A stretch of 64,000 bases of DNA from Bryobacterales bacterium (GCA_965216215.1 CBDCFO010000008.1:1750726-1814725), one strand, 5' to 3'; shown: positions 47,728 through 57,800, counted from the first letter of the stretch. Notes: a model not told the origin generated them from the sequence alone. Made by a program: numbers and translations.

Positions 47728-48345
47728 ATGCCCACCCATTGCACTTGCGGGAGCCCATTGCCGGAGGGGGCATCCTTCTGCCCGAATTGCGGGCGGCCCC
47801 TGGCTCCCGGCATCGGCGAGCCGGCTGCTCCGCCGCAAGAGCCCGTCAAAGAGGAACCGCCTGTGCAGAACTGGCGGCGCTCGGAAGCTTTCTTGAAGGC
47901 CTCGCTGATCCCAGCTCTATGCGCAATCTTCCTGCGGGTTGTCCTTGTCGCGCCGACCCCCCTGTCCATGCTGTTCTCGTACTTGATTCCGGCATGCGCG
48001 GGATACGCGGCGGTTCGGATTTTTGAGAAGCGGTACATCAGTTTGCCGAAGATCTCGATGGGCGGTGCGTTGGGCTTGCTCACCGGGATGCAATGCGCGC
48101 TCGCTTTCTTGATCCTGAACTCGATGGTGATCATGTCCCAAGGCAAGGAAGTGCTCCTGGCACCTCTGCGCGACCATCCCGAAATGAGTTCCATGGCGCC
48201 GCAAGTCGCGGAAGCGCTAGAGCATCCCGGGACATTTGTGACGGCCGTCGCAATCGCGTTCTTCGTTGACGCAGCGCTCGTCGCAGGCTCGGCGGCGGCC
48301 GGTGGGGCGGTCGCGGTAAAGGTGGCTCGCAGCCGTCCTCGATAG
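47728..48345 (+). CDS. Zinc-ribbon-domain membrane protein
   Basis: CTCG...FCPNCG N-terminus followed by about four TM helices. Confidence 0.75.
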   Translation: MPTHCTCGSPLPEGASFCPNCGRPLAPGIGEPAAPPQEPVKEEPPVQNWRRSEAFLKASLIPALCAIFLRVVLVAPTPLSMLFSYLIPACAGYAAVRIFEKRYISLPKISMGGALGLLTGMQCALAFLILNSMVIMSQGKEVLLAPLRDHPEMSSMAPQVAEALEHPGTFVTAVAIAFFVDAALVAGSAAAGGAVAVKVARSRPR

Positions 48346-48414
48346 CTGGCACCCGCGCCAGCAACCTAGCTCGGTGGGCCCGGCTCCAGCCGCCTACTGG
48401 GGTATACTTGCGCC

Positions 48415-49350
48415 GTGGAGTCAGCTAGGGCTTCGGAGACCTACACGAGATCCGAAATCCGGCGGATTCTCGGCATTGACGAGGGCCGGCTGCGTTCATG
48501 GGAGCGCAGTGGGCTAACCGAGATTCAGGACAGCTACAATTTCTCGGACCTGATCTCTCTCAGGACCCTGAAAAACTTGCGGGAGAACAACACCTCTCCG
48601 AAACGTATACGTGAAGCGCTCCAGCAGCTTCGACTCCGCTTGGAGGATGTCGAGCGCCCCCTGGAAGAACTGAAGATCGTCTCCGACGGCCGCAACATCG
48701 CAGTCGAACTGCCCGGAGAAAAGATGGAGGCGATCACCGGCCAGATGCTGTTCGACTTCGAGGCAGACAGGTTGAGCTCTGTGTCGACCCTTGACCCGCA
48801 GAGTGATTCGGGGCTCGCGGTGAGCGGTGAGACATGGTTCCAACACGCGCTCGACCTCGAGGCCTCGGGGGCTCCACCAGACGAGGTCATGGAGGTCTAT
48901 GAAAAGGTCTTGCTCAAAGATCCACGGGCTGCGGGAGCCTGGGTCAACCTGGGCACATTGCAATACCGCCAAGGCTGGCTGGAGCGCGCGGAGTTGAGCT
49001 ATCGGGAGGCGGTGCATGCATTTCCGGAATACGCGCTCGCACACTTCAACCTAGGCAACGTGTACGACGACCTAGGGCGGCTCGATGAGGCTGTGGAACA
49101 CTACGAAACAGCCCTTCGATACAAACCCGATTACGCTGATGCGCATTTCAACCTGGCCCTCTTGCAGGAGCGACGCAAGCACTTTCTCGTCGCAATCAAG
49201 CACTTGCAGGCCTACCTGGAGATTGATTCGTCGAGTCCGTGGTCGAAGATTGCGCGAAGGCGGCGGAATGACCTGCTGCATGCGGCGAATCCTGATGAAG
49301 CATCGGCAGACGAGTCCCTGCGCAAGCCATCGAAGGACGCGCGAGAATAG
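48415..49350 (+). CDS. MerR-like HTH + tetratricopeptide repeat protein
   Basis: YTRSEIRRILGIDEGRLRSWERSGL...YNFSDL; TPRs AWVNLG, AHFNLG, AHFNLA. Confidence 0.8.
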   Translation: MESARASETYTRSEIRRILGIDEGRLRSWERSGLTEIQDSYNFSDLISLRTLKNLRENNTSPKRIREALQQLRLRLEDVERPLEELKIVSDGRNIAVELPGEKMEAITGQMLFDFEADRLSSVSTLDPQSDSGLAVSGETWFQHALDLEASGAPPDEVMEVYEKVLLKDPRAAGAWVNLGTLQYRQGWLERAELSYREAVHAFPEYALAHFNLGNVYDDLGRLDEAVEHYETALRYKPDYADAHFNLALLQERRKHFLVAIKHLQAYLEIDSSSPWSKIARRRRNDLLHAANPDEASADESLRKPSKDARE

Positions 49351-49395
49351 CTCGGGCCGGGAAAGCCCGGTGGGCCATTCGATACTATCGAGGAC

Positions 49396-50100
49396 ATGGC
49401 GCAAGCGCTGGCCGGAGTTCGCACGCTGACCTTCGATATGTTCGGCACTGTGCTGGACCTGTCAGGCAGCCTCGTCCCCGCGCTCCGCAAGTTCTTCGGC
49501 GAATCCGACGCGGACATTGACCCGGACCAGTTCTGGGCCGAATGGCGCGCAAGGCAGCGCCTGGAGCAGCACCAGGACACGATTCTGATGCTCGGCCACC
49601 GTGGCTACCTTGATTCCGCCCGCCGGGCCCTGCGACACACGCTGCGACGGCACGGCCTGCAACGTGACGCGGGAGCCGTGCGGGAGCTGCTCCGGACATT
49701 CGAGCAACTGAACGCGTTCGACGACGCTCAAGAGGGTCTGTTGCGCCTGGCCCAGCACTACCGGCTCGTGGCGCTTTCTAACGGCGACCGCTCACTGGTG
49801 GAGCATCTGGCCACGAATCATGTCGAAGCGCGATTCGACCGGTGCATCTCCGTCGATCGCGTGGGTCGGTTCAAGCCGCATCCGTCGGTGTACCGCATGG
49901 CCGCGGCCGAATTGGAATGCGAGCCGGGCGAGATCCTGATGGTCGCGGCGCATGCCTTCGACATCCTGGGGGCTCGAGCCTGCGGCTACCGTGGTGCGTA
50001 TGTGAACCGGTACGGCTTGCCGTACGAGGACTCGCATCTGCTTCCGGATCTGGAAGTGAGAGACTTCCGGGAGTTGGCCGACCGCCTGTTGGCCTGCTGA
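49396..50100 (+). CDS. Haloacid dehalogenase type II
   Basis: FDMFGTVLD, LSNG, FKPHPSVY, VAAHAFDILGA. Confidence 0.88.
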   Translation: MAQALAGVRTLTFDMFGTVLDLSGSLVPALRKFFGESDADIDPDQFWAEWRARQRLEQHQDTILMLGHRGYLDSARRALRHTLRRHGLQRDAGAVRELLRTFEQLNAFDDAQEGLLRLAQHYRLVALSNGDRSLVEHLATNHVEARFDRCISVDRVGRFKPHPSVYRMAAAELECEPGEILMVAAHAFDILGARACGYRGAYVNRYGLPYEDSHLLPDLEVRDFRELADRLLAC

Positions 50101-50229
50101 CTGGCGGGCTCCGGCATGCTACCGCTCCGGCAACTAGCCGCTTCCCGGGTTCAGTGTGACCTCGCTGCGATCACCCTCCCCGACTTGATCGGAGCAGGAG
50201 GAGCGGCAAGCGCGTCAGAGCGCGCCGCC

Positions 50230-50736
50230 TCAACCAGCTGAGTCAACGGCGTCGATTCGCGTCGCCGCGGTGTCCTCCAGAAGCGCCCGCACGAGAGAAG
50301 CCCCCTGCTCGCATTCGACTTGCACGACAGCACCCTCGTCGGGCAGGTCCGGCACGGGCGCATGGCGGCGAGAACGGACTAGGCCGGCTTCCTTCAACAG
50401 CATGACGAAGATGCCGAAGACCGCTCCGGCCATCGTGGTTTCGAATGTCACCACAGCGGTCGCCCAGCCCGAAACGATCGGCATCCCGCCTGTAACCAGG
50501 GGATAGTCCTGTTGAATCCAGAACATCAGCGCAGTCGCCCCGGATCCAACAGCAACCGCGGAGAGCACGGCGCCCACGGACATCCGGCTGCGCCGCGGCA
50601 GCAAGGGCGGCTCCGTCTCGAGCGGCCGGCGAGAATACAGTTCGAGAGCGCGGCGCGGCACGCCCCCTCGCTGTAGCAGCCGGATCGCAGCGGCCACGTC
50701 TTCAGTGCGTTTGTACTCAGCGTGCAGATATTCCAT
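50230..50736 (-). CDS. DUF3341 / ActD-like membrane subunit
   Basis: YPLVTGGMPI, VTFETT, two TM helices; last gene of the act-like operon. Confidence 0.75.
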   Translation of the reverse strand: MEYLHAEYKRTEDVAAAIRLLQRGGVPRRALELYSRRPLETEPPLLPRRSRMSVGAVLSAVAVGSGATALMFWIQQDYPLVTGGMPIVSGWATAVVTFETTMAGAVFGIFVMLLKEAGLVRSRRHAPVPDLPDEGAVVQVECEQGASLVRALLEDTAATRIDAVDSAG

Positions 50737-52036
50737 CGTCGTATTCCCAGATGGCAATGATTGGAAAAGCCTTGACGAAAAGCAGGTAAAGCAACGCCAT
50801 TGCAGCAAACGTCCCAGCGGTGATCGACAGCTCGACCCAGCTCGGGGCGTAGTCCCCCCACGCGGCAGGCAGGTACGGCGTTGAGAGAGTGGGGACCACG
50901 ATCAGGAACCGCTCGATCCACATGCCGATGAGGACGGCAAAGCTGCTGATGGCAATCGTGGAAATGCTGCGCAGCCTTGAGATCCCGAGCAGCACGAACG
51001 GGATTGCGAAATTGCAGGCGACCATCGTCCAGAACAGAAACCCGTAAAGTCCGTGCTCGCGTATGTTGAAGACCCGAATCTCGCCCGGCAGGTTCCCGTA
51101 CCAAGTGGTGAGGTGCTCGGAGAAAGTGAAATACAGCCAGACCAGGCTCATCAGGATCAGCAGCTTCCCGAGATTCACGAAGTGGATCTCCCGAAGGTAT
51201 TCCTCCAGGCGCATCAGCTTGCGCAGGGCCGCCATCACGAGCACAAGGGCAGCAATCCCGCTGAAGATAGCGCCGACAACGAAATACGGCGCAAAGATCG
51301 TATTGTGCCAAGTGGGCGCGACCGACATCGAGAAGTCGTAGGCTACAACCGAATGCACCGAGACGGCGATTGCCAGGATCACTATCGACATGAGTTTCAT
51401 CGCCCGCTCGAGCGCTTGCCATTGCCGGTCCGCACCTGTCCAGCCCAAAGACAGGAGCCGGTAGACCCTGCGCTTGAATCCGGCACTGCGGCACGCCATC
51501 TCGGCTAGATCAGGGATCAGCGGAAGGTAGAGGTAAATCAAGCTGCCGGAGAGATAAGTCAGAATCGCTGTCAGATCCCAGAACAGCGGAGAACGGAAGT
51601 TCGGCCAGAGTAACCTCTCGTTCGGGTAGGGGAACATCCAGTAGAAGAGCCACACACGGCCGATATGGATCAGCGGAAACATGCCGCCGATCATCAGGCA
51701 GAACACGGTAATCGCTTCCGCAGCTCGCGTTACCGGCTTGCGCCAATTCGCTCCCGTGAGCCGCAGGATTGCCGAGATCAGCGTTCCGGCATGGGAAATC
51801 CCGATCCAGAAGACGAAATTGATAATGTAGAAGCCCCAATAGGTGGGCCTGCGGATCCCCGTGTGGCCGAACCCCCCAAAGATCTGATAGCACCAAGCCA
51901 CGAAAGCCCAAGCCACAATGGCACCGCAAACCGCCACCGCCGCGATATAGGTCCCGCTCGCGCCGGACATGCGAGCAAGGATGTCGTCTCGCACGCGCGC
52001 GGCGCTCTTCGGCTCAGATTTGGCTAGAGATTCCAT
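50717..52036 (-). CDS. NrfD/PsrC-family quinol-binding subunit (ActC-like)
   Basis: WGFYIINFVFWIGISHAGTLISA, HIGRVW, FRSPLFWD, SVHSVV, WHNTIFAPYFVVGAIFSG. Confidence 0.9.
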   Translation of the reverse strand: MESLAKSEPKSAARVRDDILARMSGASGTYIAAVAVCGAIVAWAFVAWCYQIFGGFGHTGIRRPTYWGFYIINFVFWIGISHAGTLISAILRLTGANWRKPVTRAAEAITVFCLMIGGMFPLIHIGRVWLFYWMFPYPNERLLWPNFRSPLFWDLTAILTYLSGSLIYLYLPLIPDLAEMACRSAGFKRRVYRLLSLGWTGADRQWQALERAMKLMSIVILAIAVSVHSVVAYDFSMSVAPTWHNTIFAPYFVVGAIFSGIAALVLVMAALRKLMRLEEYLREIHFVNLGKLLILMSLVWLYFTFSEHLTTWYGNLPGEIRVFNIREHGLYGFLFWTMVACNFAIPFVLLGISRLRSISTIAISSFAVLIGMWIERFLIVVPTLSTPYLPAAWGDYAPSWVELSITAGTFAAMALLYLLFVKAFPIIAIWEYDDGISAR

Positions 52037-52136
52037 TCACTCCTCGGTTGCCCTGCGTCGCGATGCATGTCGGGGAAAGCGAGCCTCCAGTCGAGTCCCC
52101 GGTGATGTCTGGTCGTCCGATGGTCACAGCAAGAGG

Positions 52137-52865
52137 CTAATCGGCCTTCGACAGGTAGAACACACGAGGCTTCGTTCCCAGTTCCGACAGCAGCTGCTCC
52201 GAGCGACCGCTCGCAATCATCTTCGAAACTCGACTGTCTGGATCGCTCTTGTCGCCGAAGACCATCGCCTCGGCCGGACACGATTGAACACAAGCCGGCT
52301 GCACCTCTCCGTCGACGAGTTTCCGATCCTCCGCGGCGGCATCAAGCTTCGCACGCTTGATCCTCTGGACGCAAAAGGTGCATTTCTCTACAACCCCCGC
52401 CGGCCGTATGGAAACGTCGGGGTTGAGCTGCAAGTCCAGCGGCCCGTCCCATTCGGGGGCGAACCAGTTGAAGAACCGAACGGTGTAGGGGCAGTTGTTG
52501 GCGCAGTAGCGCGTTCCGATGCACCGGTTGTAAATCTGGACATTGAGCCCCTCGGCGTTCTGGTAGGTCGCGAACACAGGGCAAACGGGTTCGCACGGAG
52601 CGTCGTCGCACTGCTGGCAAAGAACCGGCCGGTACTTGACCTTGATGTTCGGGAATTCCCCTTCGTAGTAACGGTCAATGCGAATCCACTGCTTGGACCG
52701 TCCCATGGCCGCCTGTTCCGGCCCTGCGGTGGGGATGTTGTTCTCCGACGAGCAGGCCACCACGCAGGCTTCGCAGCCAGTGCAGCGGTCCAGGTCGATT
52801 GACATCGCCCACTGGGGCACAGCCGGGGGGGGGGCCTCAACGTGGTTCTCGGTATTCTCGGCCAT
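52137..52865 (-). CDS. 4Fe-4S dicluster subunit (ActB2/QrcC-like)
   Basis: CTGCEACVVAC, CQQCDDAPCEPVCP, CIGTRYCANNCPY, KCTFC; ATG 52865 behind AGGAGG. Confidence 0.9.
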   Translation of the reverse strand: MAENTENHVEAPPPAVPQWAMSIDLDRCTGCEACVVACSSENNIPTAGPEQAAMGRSKQWIRIDRYYEGEFPNIKVKYRPVLCQQCDDAPCEPVCPVFATYQNAEGLNVQIYNRCIGTRYCANNCPYTVRFFNWFAPEWDGPLDLQLNPDVSIRPAGVVEKCTFCVQRIKRAKLDAAAEDRKLVDGEVQPACVQSCPAEAMVFGDKSDPDSRVSKMIASGRSEQLLSELGTKPRVFYLSKAD

Positions 52866-52879
52866 CGCTACTCCTCCTG

Positions 52880-55042
52880 TCACACCCTGTGCGGTGGGGC
52901 GTCACGGTCCTGTCGTGAGAATTGGATCAACCCCCCATCCCCGCTTGCCTTCTCAAGGGTTACCGGTGTCGGCCCCAGCGCGGAGGCCCCCGTCTCCCGA
53001 TCGCGAAGGTCGCCGACAACGGTCATCGGGTTCGCCCCCAGCCCGGATGCGTAGCGCCCGTAGTGCTGGTGCCCGTGGCCCAGAGCCATCGAGACAACGC
53101 CCGGAATGGCCGCCGGATTGATGTAGACGGGAGCTTCCAGCGAGCCATGCTGGGATTCGATTCGGACCATGTCTCCGTTGCTGACACCGAGCTCGCCCGC
53201 CGTGCCCGGGTCCATTTCTGCGGGCATTCCCCACATCGCACTCGAAGTAGGATCGGGCAGTTCCTGCAGCCAGGGGCGGTTCGCGCCGCTTCCGTCGCCG
53301 AACTGCGCCGACGGATAAGCCTGGAACACCAGCTGGTCCGGCCTCGAATCGGTCGCAAAAACTCCCAGTCGCGGTGTCGGCGCCGGCTCTCTAGCCGGGC
53401 GCTCCCCTTGCCATCCCCCTCGACGGAGGCTCTCGCCGACGAAGCCCTGCGGGTCGGGATCGGCCGAGCCCGATTCCAACGCAGAGTGCAACTGCGTCAG
53501 GCTCGATTCAACGGTAAACTCCTCATAAGGCTTGCCGACGGCGCCGGCCAGTGCGGCCAGCACGGCTTCGGTCGGGCGGGATTCGTGCAAGGGCGCCACG
53601 AATGCAGCCGCCGCCGCAACCGACGGCAGGGGTGAGGCGTCAGGGACGGCTAGGACGGATCGCTCCAATGGATCGTGATCCGGCAGGATCAGGTCGGCAA
53701 GGGCCGAAGAGTCATCCAGGAAGGGCGAAAAGCTGATCACGGTCCCGGCAGCGGCCAATGCAGCCGCGCTATGCGGGGCGGTGTAGGCCGGATTGACTCT
53801 GTCCAGGAAGACCAATTCCGCTTCCGCCAGACGCTCGACCCAGTCGCTGGAAGCGGGCCTCCCGGTTTCGAGGCCCGTGCCCGAGTCTGACGCGGGCACT
53901 ACACCACCGACCTTGCCGACTCTTCCCAGCAATACGTTCAGTGCGCTGGCCGCCGTCACCGCATCAGCCGAATTCTGGCGTACGATCGACGCCCCTGCCA
54001 CCACGAGCGGGCTGGAGGCAGCCGCGAGATCAGCCGCCACTTCGCGCATCGCTCCGTAGGGAATTCCCGAGGCAGCCTGTATCCAATCCAGGTCGGTGTC
54101 CGCAAACGTCGAAACGACGCTAGCCGGTACCTCTTCCAAAGTCGACAGTAGGTTCTCTGCTACGAGGGCGCGGCCGATGCCGAGCGCTAGAGCCAACTCT
54201 CCGCCAGGCTGCACTGGGAGCCACCGGTCGGCGTTCCAGGCGGTCAGGGAAAACCGTGATTCTGCATGGACCAAACGCCCGCGCAGCTCGCGCCGGCCCT
54301 GCCGCATGTGGCCATAGCGGCGCGTGTACAGGACCGGAGAAACCCATCCACCCAAGAAATCAGCACCGATGGACAGCACCATGGTGGCGTCCTGGATTTC
54401 GTAGACAGGAAGCCCATGCCAGCCGAAGGCCCGGCTGGCCCCCTCGAGTTCCGCAGCGAAATCTCCGAATCCGATTGACCGGGCCGGAGGAGCCCCTAGG
54501 GATCCAAGAAAGCGCGCCGTATTCGCGGCTCTCGAACCGACGCGTGGTGGTGACAAGAAGAGTATCCGGCTGGGGTCGGAGGAAGCAACGCGGGCCAAGA
54601 CTTCGGAAACCTCGCCCAGTGCAGCATCCCAGGAAATCGGTTCGAACTTTCCCGACCCGCGCTCGCCGGCACGCTTGAGCGGCTGGCTCAAGCGGTCTGG
54701 GTTGTACAGCGACTGCAGCGCGGAATGGCCGCGGGCGCACAGCCGCCCGCCGCTAACCGGGTCTTCCGGGTTCCCCTCGATCTTCTTGATCGCTGCAATC
54801 CTCTGACGAAGCCGCTCTCCGTCGACTTCGATTTCCCGCTCGGAAGCCATCACCCTGGCGACCGTGCCGCACGCGGCCCCGCATTCCAGGCAAACGCTCG
54901 CGTGCCACTCCTCAACTCCGGGGAGGATTTCGTCCTCAGGAACCAGCAGGGGGATGATTTCCTCGGCCTGCTTGCCGCATGCACCGGACATCACGCCGCC
55001 AGAAGCGGTGCCGACCAGTTTGAAGAAATTACGACGGTCCAT
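52880..55042 (-). CDS. Molybdopterin-oxidoreductase-like subunit (ActB1/QrcB-like) with Tat signal
   Basis: MDRRNFFK; CLECGAACG...LCARG; YNPDRL; PWLQELPDP; GHQHYGRYA. Confidence 0.88.
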   Translation of the reverse strand: MDRRNFFKLVGTASGGVMSGACGKQAEEIIPLLVPEDEILPGVEEWHASVCLECGAACGTVARVMASEREIEVDGERLRQRIAAIKKIEGNPEDPVSGGRLCARGHSALQSLYNPDRLSQPLKRAGERGSGKFEPISWDAALGEVSEVLARVASSDPSRILFLSPPRVGSRAANTARFLGSLGAPPARSIGFGDFAAELEGASRAFGWHGLPVYEIQDATMVLSIGADFLGGWVSPVLYTRRYGHMRQGRRELRGRLVHAESRFSLTAWNADRWLPVQPGGELALALGIGRALVAENLLSTLEEVPASVVSTFADTDLDWIQAASGIPYGAMREVAADLAAASSPLVVAGASIVRQNSADAVTAASALNVLLGRVGKVGGVVPASDSGTGLETGRPASSDWVERLAEAELVFLDRVNPAYTAPHSAAALAAAGTVISFSPFLDDSSALADLILPDHDPLERSVLAVPDASPLPSVAAAAAFVAPLHESRPTEAVLAALAGAVGKPYEEFTVESSLTQLHSALESGSADPDPQGFVGESLRRGGWQGERPAREPAPTPRLGVFATDSRPDQLVFQAYPSAQFGDGSGANRPWLQELPDPTSSAMWGMPAEMDPGTAGELGVSNGDMVRIESQHGSLEAPVYINPAAIPGVVSMALGHGHQHYGRYASGLGANPMTVVGDLRDRETGASALGPTPVTLEKASGDGGLIQFSRQDRDAPPHRV

Positions 55043-55125
55043 CCTCAGGGCCCCTCTGACCGGGCAAATGGAGCGCCCACCTGCCTCTTGCTGCCGGTGG
55101 TCATCGTAGGCCTCTCCGACACTCC

Positions 55126-55632
55126 CTAGAAATGGCAGGCCAGGCAGTCATCGCTGGCGCCATTCTGCCGGTGGCAAGTCACGCAGGTGCCCATGGTATG
55201 ACGCACGGCTTCGACCGCAACCGTCATGGAGGCCACATCGCCGTGGCACTTCGAGCAAGCGATCTCGGCGCGGGCGTGCGGCGCGTGGCGGAATTGAACC
55301 GCCGCCTGCTCGTCGAAACCATACACCCGTACCCAAGGCACCTCGTGCTTCCGTTGCCAGTATTCCGTGAGGCGGACGACTTCGGGCAAGTCCTGTCCGA
55401 TGAACTGATGGCAGAGCATGCACTTGCGAATCGAGGGAATCACGGCGGCGTCTCGCGAGACGGCTCCAGCATGGCAGTCGACGCACTGCATGCTGGCCTT
55501 CTCGATATGCGCCTTGTGCGAGAACCCGACAGGCTGTTGAGCCGCTGCTGAGGCAGCGAGAAGAGTGAGCAGGGTTGCTAGCATGAGCCGGCCAAGGACG
55601 CTGGCGGTTGAAAAACGACTAGGATACCCCAC
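55126..55632 (-). CDS. Pentaheme cytochrome c3-family subunit (ActA/QrcA-like)
   Basis: Five CxxCH (CVDCH, CMLCH, CSKCH, CVTCH, CLACH); FSHKAH and FRHAPH axial His motifs. Confidence 0.9.
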   Translation of the reverse strand: MGYPSRFSTASVLGRLMLATLLTLLAASAAAQQPVGFSHKAHIEKASMQCVDCHAGAVSRDAAVIPSIRKCMLCHQFIGQDLPEVVRLTEYWQRKHEVPWVRVYGFDEQAAVQFRHAPHARAEIACSKCHGDVASMTVAVEAVRHTMGTCVTCHRQNGASDDCLACHF

Positions 55633-55670
55633 CTCAGCGGCCGGGTCGGCCGTGGCACTTGGAGCCCTTT

Positions 55671-56285
55671 CTAGTTACCGCTGGCGCCCGCCTCTGGAGA
55701 GGGCTCCAGAGCAGATTGCATCAAGTCCGCGCAAGGAGGCGAATGATCGATCGTAAGCGCCGCCTTCCGGCCTGCCTCCGACATCTTCTTCCAGGTGCGT
55801 TGCAGGATGTTGACGATGCTGTCCCGGTCCTGTTCCTCGGCAAACGTCTCGAAATAGTGCTCCAAGAAGACCAGGCACGCCACATCCTCGAGGCGCTGCG
55901 CCCAAGGGTCCGCCTTGAATCGCTCCTTGCGGATCACAGACTGGACCCGAGCCACAGTCTCGCCGTCGTATCCGCATTCGCGCATGATCGTGCCCGCAAC
56001 GTCGGCATGGTATCGGCCCAAGTCCCGTCGCCATTGGAGGTAGGCGGTTCTCCCTTTGGGATAGGAATCCCGCGGGATCTCCCAGCGACGGATATGCTGA
56101 GCGCGGACCGCCAGACGTAACTCGACAGGAGCCTCCGGATCCAGCCGCTCCAACCATTCAGACATGCGTTGGGCGTATGCGAGTGCCTTGGGCGAGCCAT
56201 CCGGCTCAAGGCCGGGATCCTCTGCGTTCGCTGCGTCGAATCGCGCGAGGCAGGTGCGCAACCGGGCGGCTTCGAACTCCGTCAC
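55671..56285 (-). CDS. DUF4202 family protein
   Basis: FDAANAEDP, RAQHIRRWEIPR, QRLEDVACLVFL, TWKKMS. Confidence 0.85.
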   Translation of the reverse strand: MTEFEAARLRTCLARFDAANAEDPGLEPDGSPKALAYAQRMSEWLERLDPEAPVELRLAVRAQHIRRWEIPRDSYPKGRTAYLQWRRDLGRYHADVAGTIMRECGYDGETVARVQSVIRKERFKADPWAQRLEDVACLVFLEHYFETFAEEQDRDSIVNILQRTWKKMSEAGRKAALTIDHSPPCADLMQSALEPSPEAGASGN

Positions 56286-56995
56286 TTCCCCGTCTCCGCA
56301 GCGTGGTTGGCAGACAAGACAGCGGCGACCGCCACTGCGGCTGTCTCGGAGCGAAGGATCGTGCGACCAAGATCGACGGTCTTGAGGCCTCTCCCGCTGG
56401 CCATGCTGGCCTCCTCATCGGTCCATCCACCCTCGGGGCCGATCAGGAACACGGACGAGCCGCGACAGGCATCCGCGACGGGAGACCCGCCTGGATGCGC
56501 CAGGAGACCGGCTCCGGTGGGACAGTCGCGGACTGCCTGCTCGAAAGGAGTCGGCGATGCCAAAGTCGGTGCGGCGATCCGCCGCGATTGCTGTGCTGCC
56601 TCAAACGCTATGCGGTGCCAGCGGGAGGCTCTCTTGGACGCGGTGGAGACTAGCTTTGTGTCGCTGCGCGCCGCGATGACGGGAATGATGGAACGGACGC
56701 CGAGTTCGGTCAGTTTCTCAATCGCCCACTCGAAGCGTGGAAACCTGACTATGGCGAGGGCCGCGTCGATGCAGGGGACCGGCCCGGGGGCCGGCAGGGG
56801 CTCCTCGATGCGAAACCGGACCTCGGCGGGCGAGCACGACTCTGTCACTGCCAAGTAGGCCCGCACCTGGTCGGAAATCTCGACCTGCTCACCTTGTTGC
56901 AACCGGACTACGCTGGCAAGGTGGCGCGCGGAGCTTCCACGCGCCAGGGCTGTACCGTCCTCGATCAAGTCTACAAAGACACGGCGCAATGCCAT
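56282..56995 (-). CDS. rsmE: 16S rRNA m3U1498 methyltransferase
   Basis: HLASVVRL, IEKLTELGV, EAAQQSRR, IGPEGGW, ILRSETAA. Confidence 0.92.
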   Translation of the reverse strand: MALRRVFVDLIEDGTALARGSSARHLASVVRLQQGEQVEISDQVRAYLAVTESCSPAEVRFRIEEPLPAPGPVPCIDAALAIVRFPRFEWAIEKLTELGVRSIIPVIAARSDTKLVSTASKRASRWHRIAFEAAQQSRRIAAPTLASPTPFEQAVRDCPTGAGLLAHPGGSPVADACRGSSVFLIGPEGGWTDEEASMASGRGLKTVDLGRTILRSETAAVAVAAVLSANHAAETGK

Positions 56996-57130
56996 TGTCC
57001 ATCCAGAATAGCCCGCAAGGCCGCGCCGCAGTCGACGAGAATCCCAACCGAGGGTTTCCCAGTCGTAGGTGAGAGCGGTGATAAGGGTAGGAGCTTGCGG
57101 CACGGATCCGGCATCCCAAACCGAAAAGGT

Positions 57131-57526
57131 TCAGCGGTTCTCAAGCACCTTGAAGCCATGCCCGGCCAGCAGCTTGGCATCTGAAGTCACGAGATGCAGA
57201 TCGAGCACGGCAGCAGTGGCGGCTAGGAATCGGTCGGCCGGATCCCGGTGCGGGACCTCGATTCGATCCAATGCGCGGACAATTTCTCCTGTCAGTGGCG
57301 CCTCACGGATTGGTGCGGATCGCTGCGCTGCATCAATCCAACTCCAGAGGCTGCCGCGTAGCACGACTCTCCCTTTCTCGGCCAGGACCGCAAGCTCCCA
57401 CAGCGAGATCGATGACAGCCATAGTTCTGAATTGCCGTGCCGGAGCAACTCCCTGACTCGCCGGTCAAGCTTGGATGGGTCCAAGACACTCCATAGCCAA
57501 ATGTGTGTGTCGAGGAGCAACCTCAT
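57131..57526 (-). CDS. vapC: PIN-domain (VapC-like) toxin
   Basis: LLLDTHIWLW, SSISLWE, HRDPADRFL, LVTSD. Confidence 0.9.
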   Translation of the reverse strand: MRLLLDTHIWLWSVLDPSKLDRRVRELLRHGNSELWLSSISLWELAVLAEKGRVVLRGSLWSWIDAAQRSAPIREAPLTGEIVRALDRIEVPHRDPADRFLAATAAVLDLHLVTSDAKLLAGHGFKVLENR

Positions 57527-57765
57527 TCGCGTTCCGCGTCCCAATCGACCAACTCGCTGGTTGGAACGGTGATGTCGCCCATTATCCGCGCAGTACCGGC
57601 CATCGAGCCTAGCCAGTCTCCAGACCGCTCAGGTGGTCCTGGCGGAACAACATCCGCAATTGGCTTGCCGAACCGCGTCACGCGAATCGGCTGGCCGGTC
57701 GTGCGGACCTGCTTCAATACCGCGAGGCAAGTCGCCTTGAACTTGGAGATGGATATTGATTCCAC
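57523..57765 (-). CDS. Phd/YefM family antitoxin
   Basis: ISISKFKATCLAVLKQV, IRVTRFGKPIADVVP; overlaps the toxin start. Confidence 0.9.
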   Translation of the reverse strand: MESISISKFKATCLAVLKQVRTTGQPIRVTRFGKPIADVVPPGPPERSGDWLGSMAGTARIMGDITVPTSELVDWDAERE

Positions 57766-57771
57766 GACCTG

Positions 57772-57800
57772 AAGCTAACATAGTCAATAACAATAGTCAA
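57772..57800 (-). promoter_or_regulatory. TA promoter overlapped by a direct repeat; likely leaderless mRNA
   Basis: TTGACT (57800-57795), 17-nt spacer, TAGCTT (57777-57772); GTG start 6 nt further; ATAGTCAA at 57780-57787 and 57793-57800. Confidence 0.6.
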
